From assembly GCA_002104945.1 (NCBI GenBank), contig MCFH01000074.1, positions 62,001-126,000 on the forward strand: a stretch of 64,000 bases of DNA. The letters are read 5' to 3'. The DNA comes from Piromyces finnis finn (taxonomy: Eukaryota; Fungi; Neocallimastigomycota). The notes under the pieces are model-generated. The model was not told the origin of the DNA and ran no database searches. It was given only the letters and a program-made list of their open reading frames with translations. A program made the position numbers and the translations under genes. Below, piece by piece: positions 61,348-64,000 of the stretch; positions within the stretch are counted from its first letter, which is position 1; each line of letters begins with the position of its first letter.

Positions 61348-64000
61348 GGCATCAAATATTTTAAACTTTATTATTAATTTAATTAAAATTATAATACATG
61401 TAATATAAAAATTAAAATAAAATAAAAATAAAAAAAAATATGTTTAAATAAACACAAATGAATAAAAATTGGGTATAATGTATTCTAGTAATTTTAATTA
61501 AAGTAAGAAAGCCACTATCATACTAAAGTATAATAATTGTATTTGACTTCCAATGGGACACCGAGCCAAAGATCAAAATTTTATCATGGGACAAAATTAT
61601 GATCTCCATTGGTTGCGCTGGCCCTCCTGGCCTGTCTTACTGTTTCTTCAGCATTGACGCTCTTGGATGTTGCTTCAAACCTTTTGAACATTGACCATTG
61701 CTGGCCAATAGCAAAAGGCATGATTTTGGTTAGAAGTTCCGCGGTTACCGTCAAGAATGGTGTTCCTTCGTTAGTACCAGATTGAATCTGACGCTTACAA
61801 AGTTCTTTCCATTCCCTTGAATTGTAATTGATATTGTTAAAACTTCTTCCCCCAAGAAGGAATTTAAATATTTTACTGCACACACTAGAATAATCATACA
61901 CATTAATATTCACCGGATTATTAGAACTATTACTATCATTAACTAAATTACTATCTAAATTAGAATTATTATCTTCACTATTGCTATCATTACTAATATT
62001 ATTATTTCTATTACTACTATTGTTATTATTACTATTGTTACTATTACTATTGTTATTATTACTATTGTTACTATTACTATTAATATTATTACTATCTCTA
62101 CTGATATTATCAATTTCATTATTATTGATAGGACTATTGGAATTACGTTGACTGAAAAAATTTAATAGCTGGACTATGGAATCATAATGTTTAATACGGA
62201 TATCTCTAAATGTTGGACAATCTAATAACCAATGTTTAATACTTTGATCTCCACACTTGCAACATGGACAGTAGTTAGGACAAACTGGATCAACAAATTT
62301 GGCAGCTTTGGCAACTCTAGCATCCAACTTGTATCCGCTTCTTGCTTTCAATAGCCAGTAGAAGCCATAGGCAAACTCTGGGTACTCATAACATAATTTA
62401 ATAAAATCTTTAGTATCAATAAACTTATTATCATCATAATATTGCGCTTTGATTGAATTCCCTTTGAGATCTTTCCAATAAAAGTTTTTAACTGCTTTAA
62501 CATCTCCATGTTTCTTTAGTTTTTTATCAAGTGTCCTACTTGATTTGCACCACGTGTATTTTCTAAATTTAGGAATGTAATTGACAAGGTGTGAGATAAT
62601 ACAATTTGAGTTTTTCCATTTGTTAAAACATCTAACCTGAGCTAATGCACATTTGGCTGACAATGGAGGAATATTCAAATCTTTTGAGATAGAGTATAAA
62701 GATATAAACGATACAGCTTTATGAACTCCGGCAACCCATCGTATTCCTTTGTTAACATGCTTCTGTGCAATCCTAGACCTGGCTTTGTTGGATCCAAGTA
62801 ATGGTGCAAAGTATGAAACTCTGCTAATCACTTGTGAGTTAAGTACTAGCTTTTTGAAGGGAATAGGAATATTAGGATTTCTTAAGAATTTACTGACTGA
62901 GAAAAGTCCTTTCAAAACCTTGTTATTAAGAGCTTTAATAACTGGTTTAAGGGACAGATTCTTATCAAATGGAACACCAAGATAAGTATAACAATCAGTA
63001 GTTGGAATGGGTTGTCCTGCTAAGTAAAATGTTGGATCTCTCTTGTTCTGATTTTCTATTGATTCAGGACGAATCACCATCGTTGAACACTTCTGGATAC
63101 CAAATTCCATTTCATTATACAAGGCCCATTCATTAACTCTTCTAAGCATCTTTTTTAAGCATCCTCTTGTTGGAGCACAAATAACTATATCATCTGCAAA
63201 AAGTCCACCACAGCATCGAGTGTCACCTAAACTGACTCCGAGATCTTCACACTCTTTAAATATATCATTAATAAAGAGATTAAAGAGAATAGGAGAAAGA
63301 GGGCATCCTTGACGGACTCCTTTCTTCACATCAAAAGATTTCGAGAATTGTCCATCTAATTTGACATTAGCCTTAGATGTTAAATATAAATTTTTGATGA
63401 ATTGTAAACTCTTACCTCGGATTCCTAAACAATCTAATTTATGGAGAATATTACCGATTGGGACTGAATCGTATGCTTTCCTGAGATCTAAAAAGGCCAA
63501 ATATGTCTCTTTATTATCTAATTGACGTCTACGGCATATTTCTTGGATTGAAATGAAAAGACTGATACTTTCTTCCTTTTTTCGAAAACCAAATTGTTCA
63601 GGTCTAATGAAATTATTCTTTAGACCATATTCTGAGATTCTAGTGGTGACAATTTTGGAAATCAACTTAATACCATTATTGATAAGTGATATACCTCGAT
63701 AGTTATCACAATCTGTCAAATCTCCCTTCTTAGGAATAGAAACAATACTGGATTCATTCCATGAGTTGGGGAAGTCTCCATCCCAAATACGGTTGAATAA
63801 TTTAAGAATAAAATTTAAACCATAAGCATCATTATCTGAAGTGGTATTACCGGAAGAATTATTATCTGTAGCATTATTAGAATCATTACTTGATGGAATT
63901 AATGCTTTGTAAAATTCAATTGGAATACCATCCGGACCTGATGCTTTATAATTCGGAGTAGAGAGGATAGCTGACTTGACTTCATCAATACTAATATCTT
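61313..64000 (-). mobile_element. LINE (non-LTR retrotransposon): uninterrupted ORF2 (RT plus C-terminal CCHC; stop at 61584) continuing off the right edge, 3' UTR, poly(A) 61313-61344
   Basis: KASGPDGIP, NYRGISL, GVRQGCPLSPILFNLFIND, FADD, YLG. The frame is open from 64000, so the ORF track start at 63719 is not the true start. Clade not determined. Confidence 0.96.

Overview
Extremely AT-rich eukaryotic DNA, very probably from an anaerobic gut fungus (Neocallimastigomycota). This is inferred from a fungal CBM10-type dockerin, a CBM18 relic, AT-rich spliceosomal introns and the base composition. Host genes: a 2-exon hypothetical membrane protein, a secreted ricin-B/CBM13-dockerin protein, a 7-exon MAD2 missed by the ORF track, a rhomboid-like protein lacking its catalytic dyad, a 2-exon Cys-rich type I membrane protein, three identical tRNA-Ser(GCU) genes, and ankyrin-like, CBM18 and Cys-rich pseudogenes. 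The rest is a nested retrotransposon graveyard: chromoviral Ty3/gypsy elements (one with an uninterrupted 1303-aa gag-pol), at least five AT-rich LTR types (many solo, with 5-bp TSDs), Ty1/copia relics, a LINE family and a non-coding poly(A) retroposon. Best leads: (1) a SINE-like retroposon sharing a 44-nt motif, with a compensatory base-pair change, with the 3' end of the resident LINE; (2) Tf1-like self-priming (11-nt PBS ATAACAATTAC) shared by divergent LTR families, with a competing U5 hairpin and a conserved U3-terminal hairpin; (3) copia elements whose PBS matches the anticodon arm of tRNA-Lys(CUU). All coordinates and alignments were read by eye; no database searches were run.
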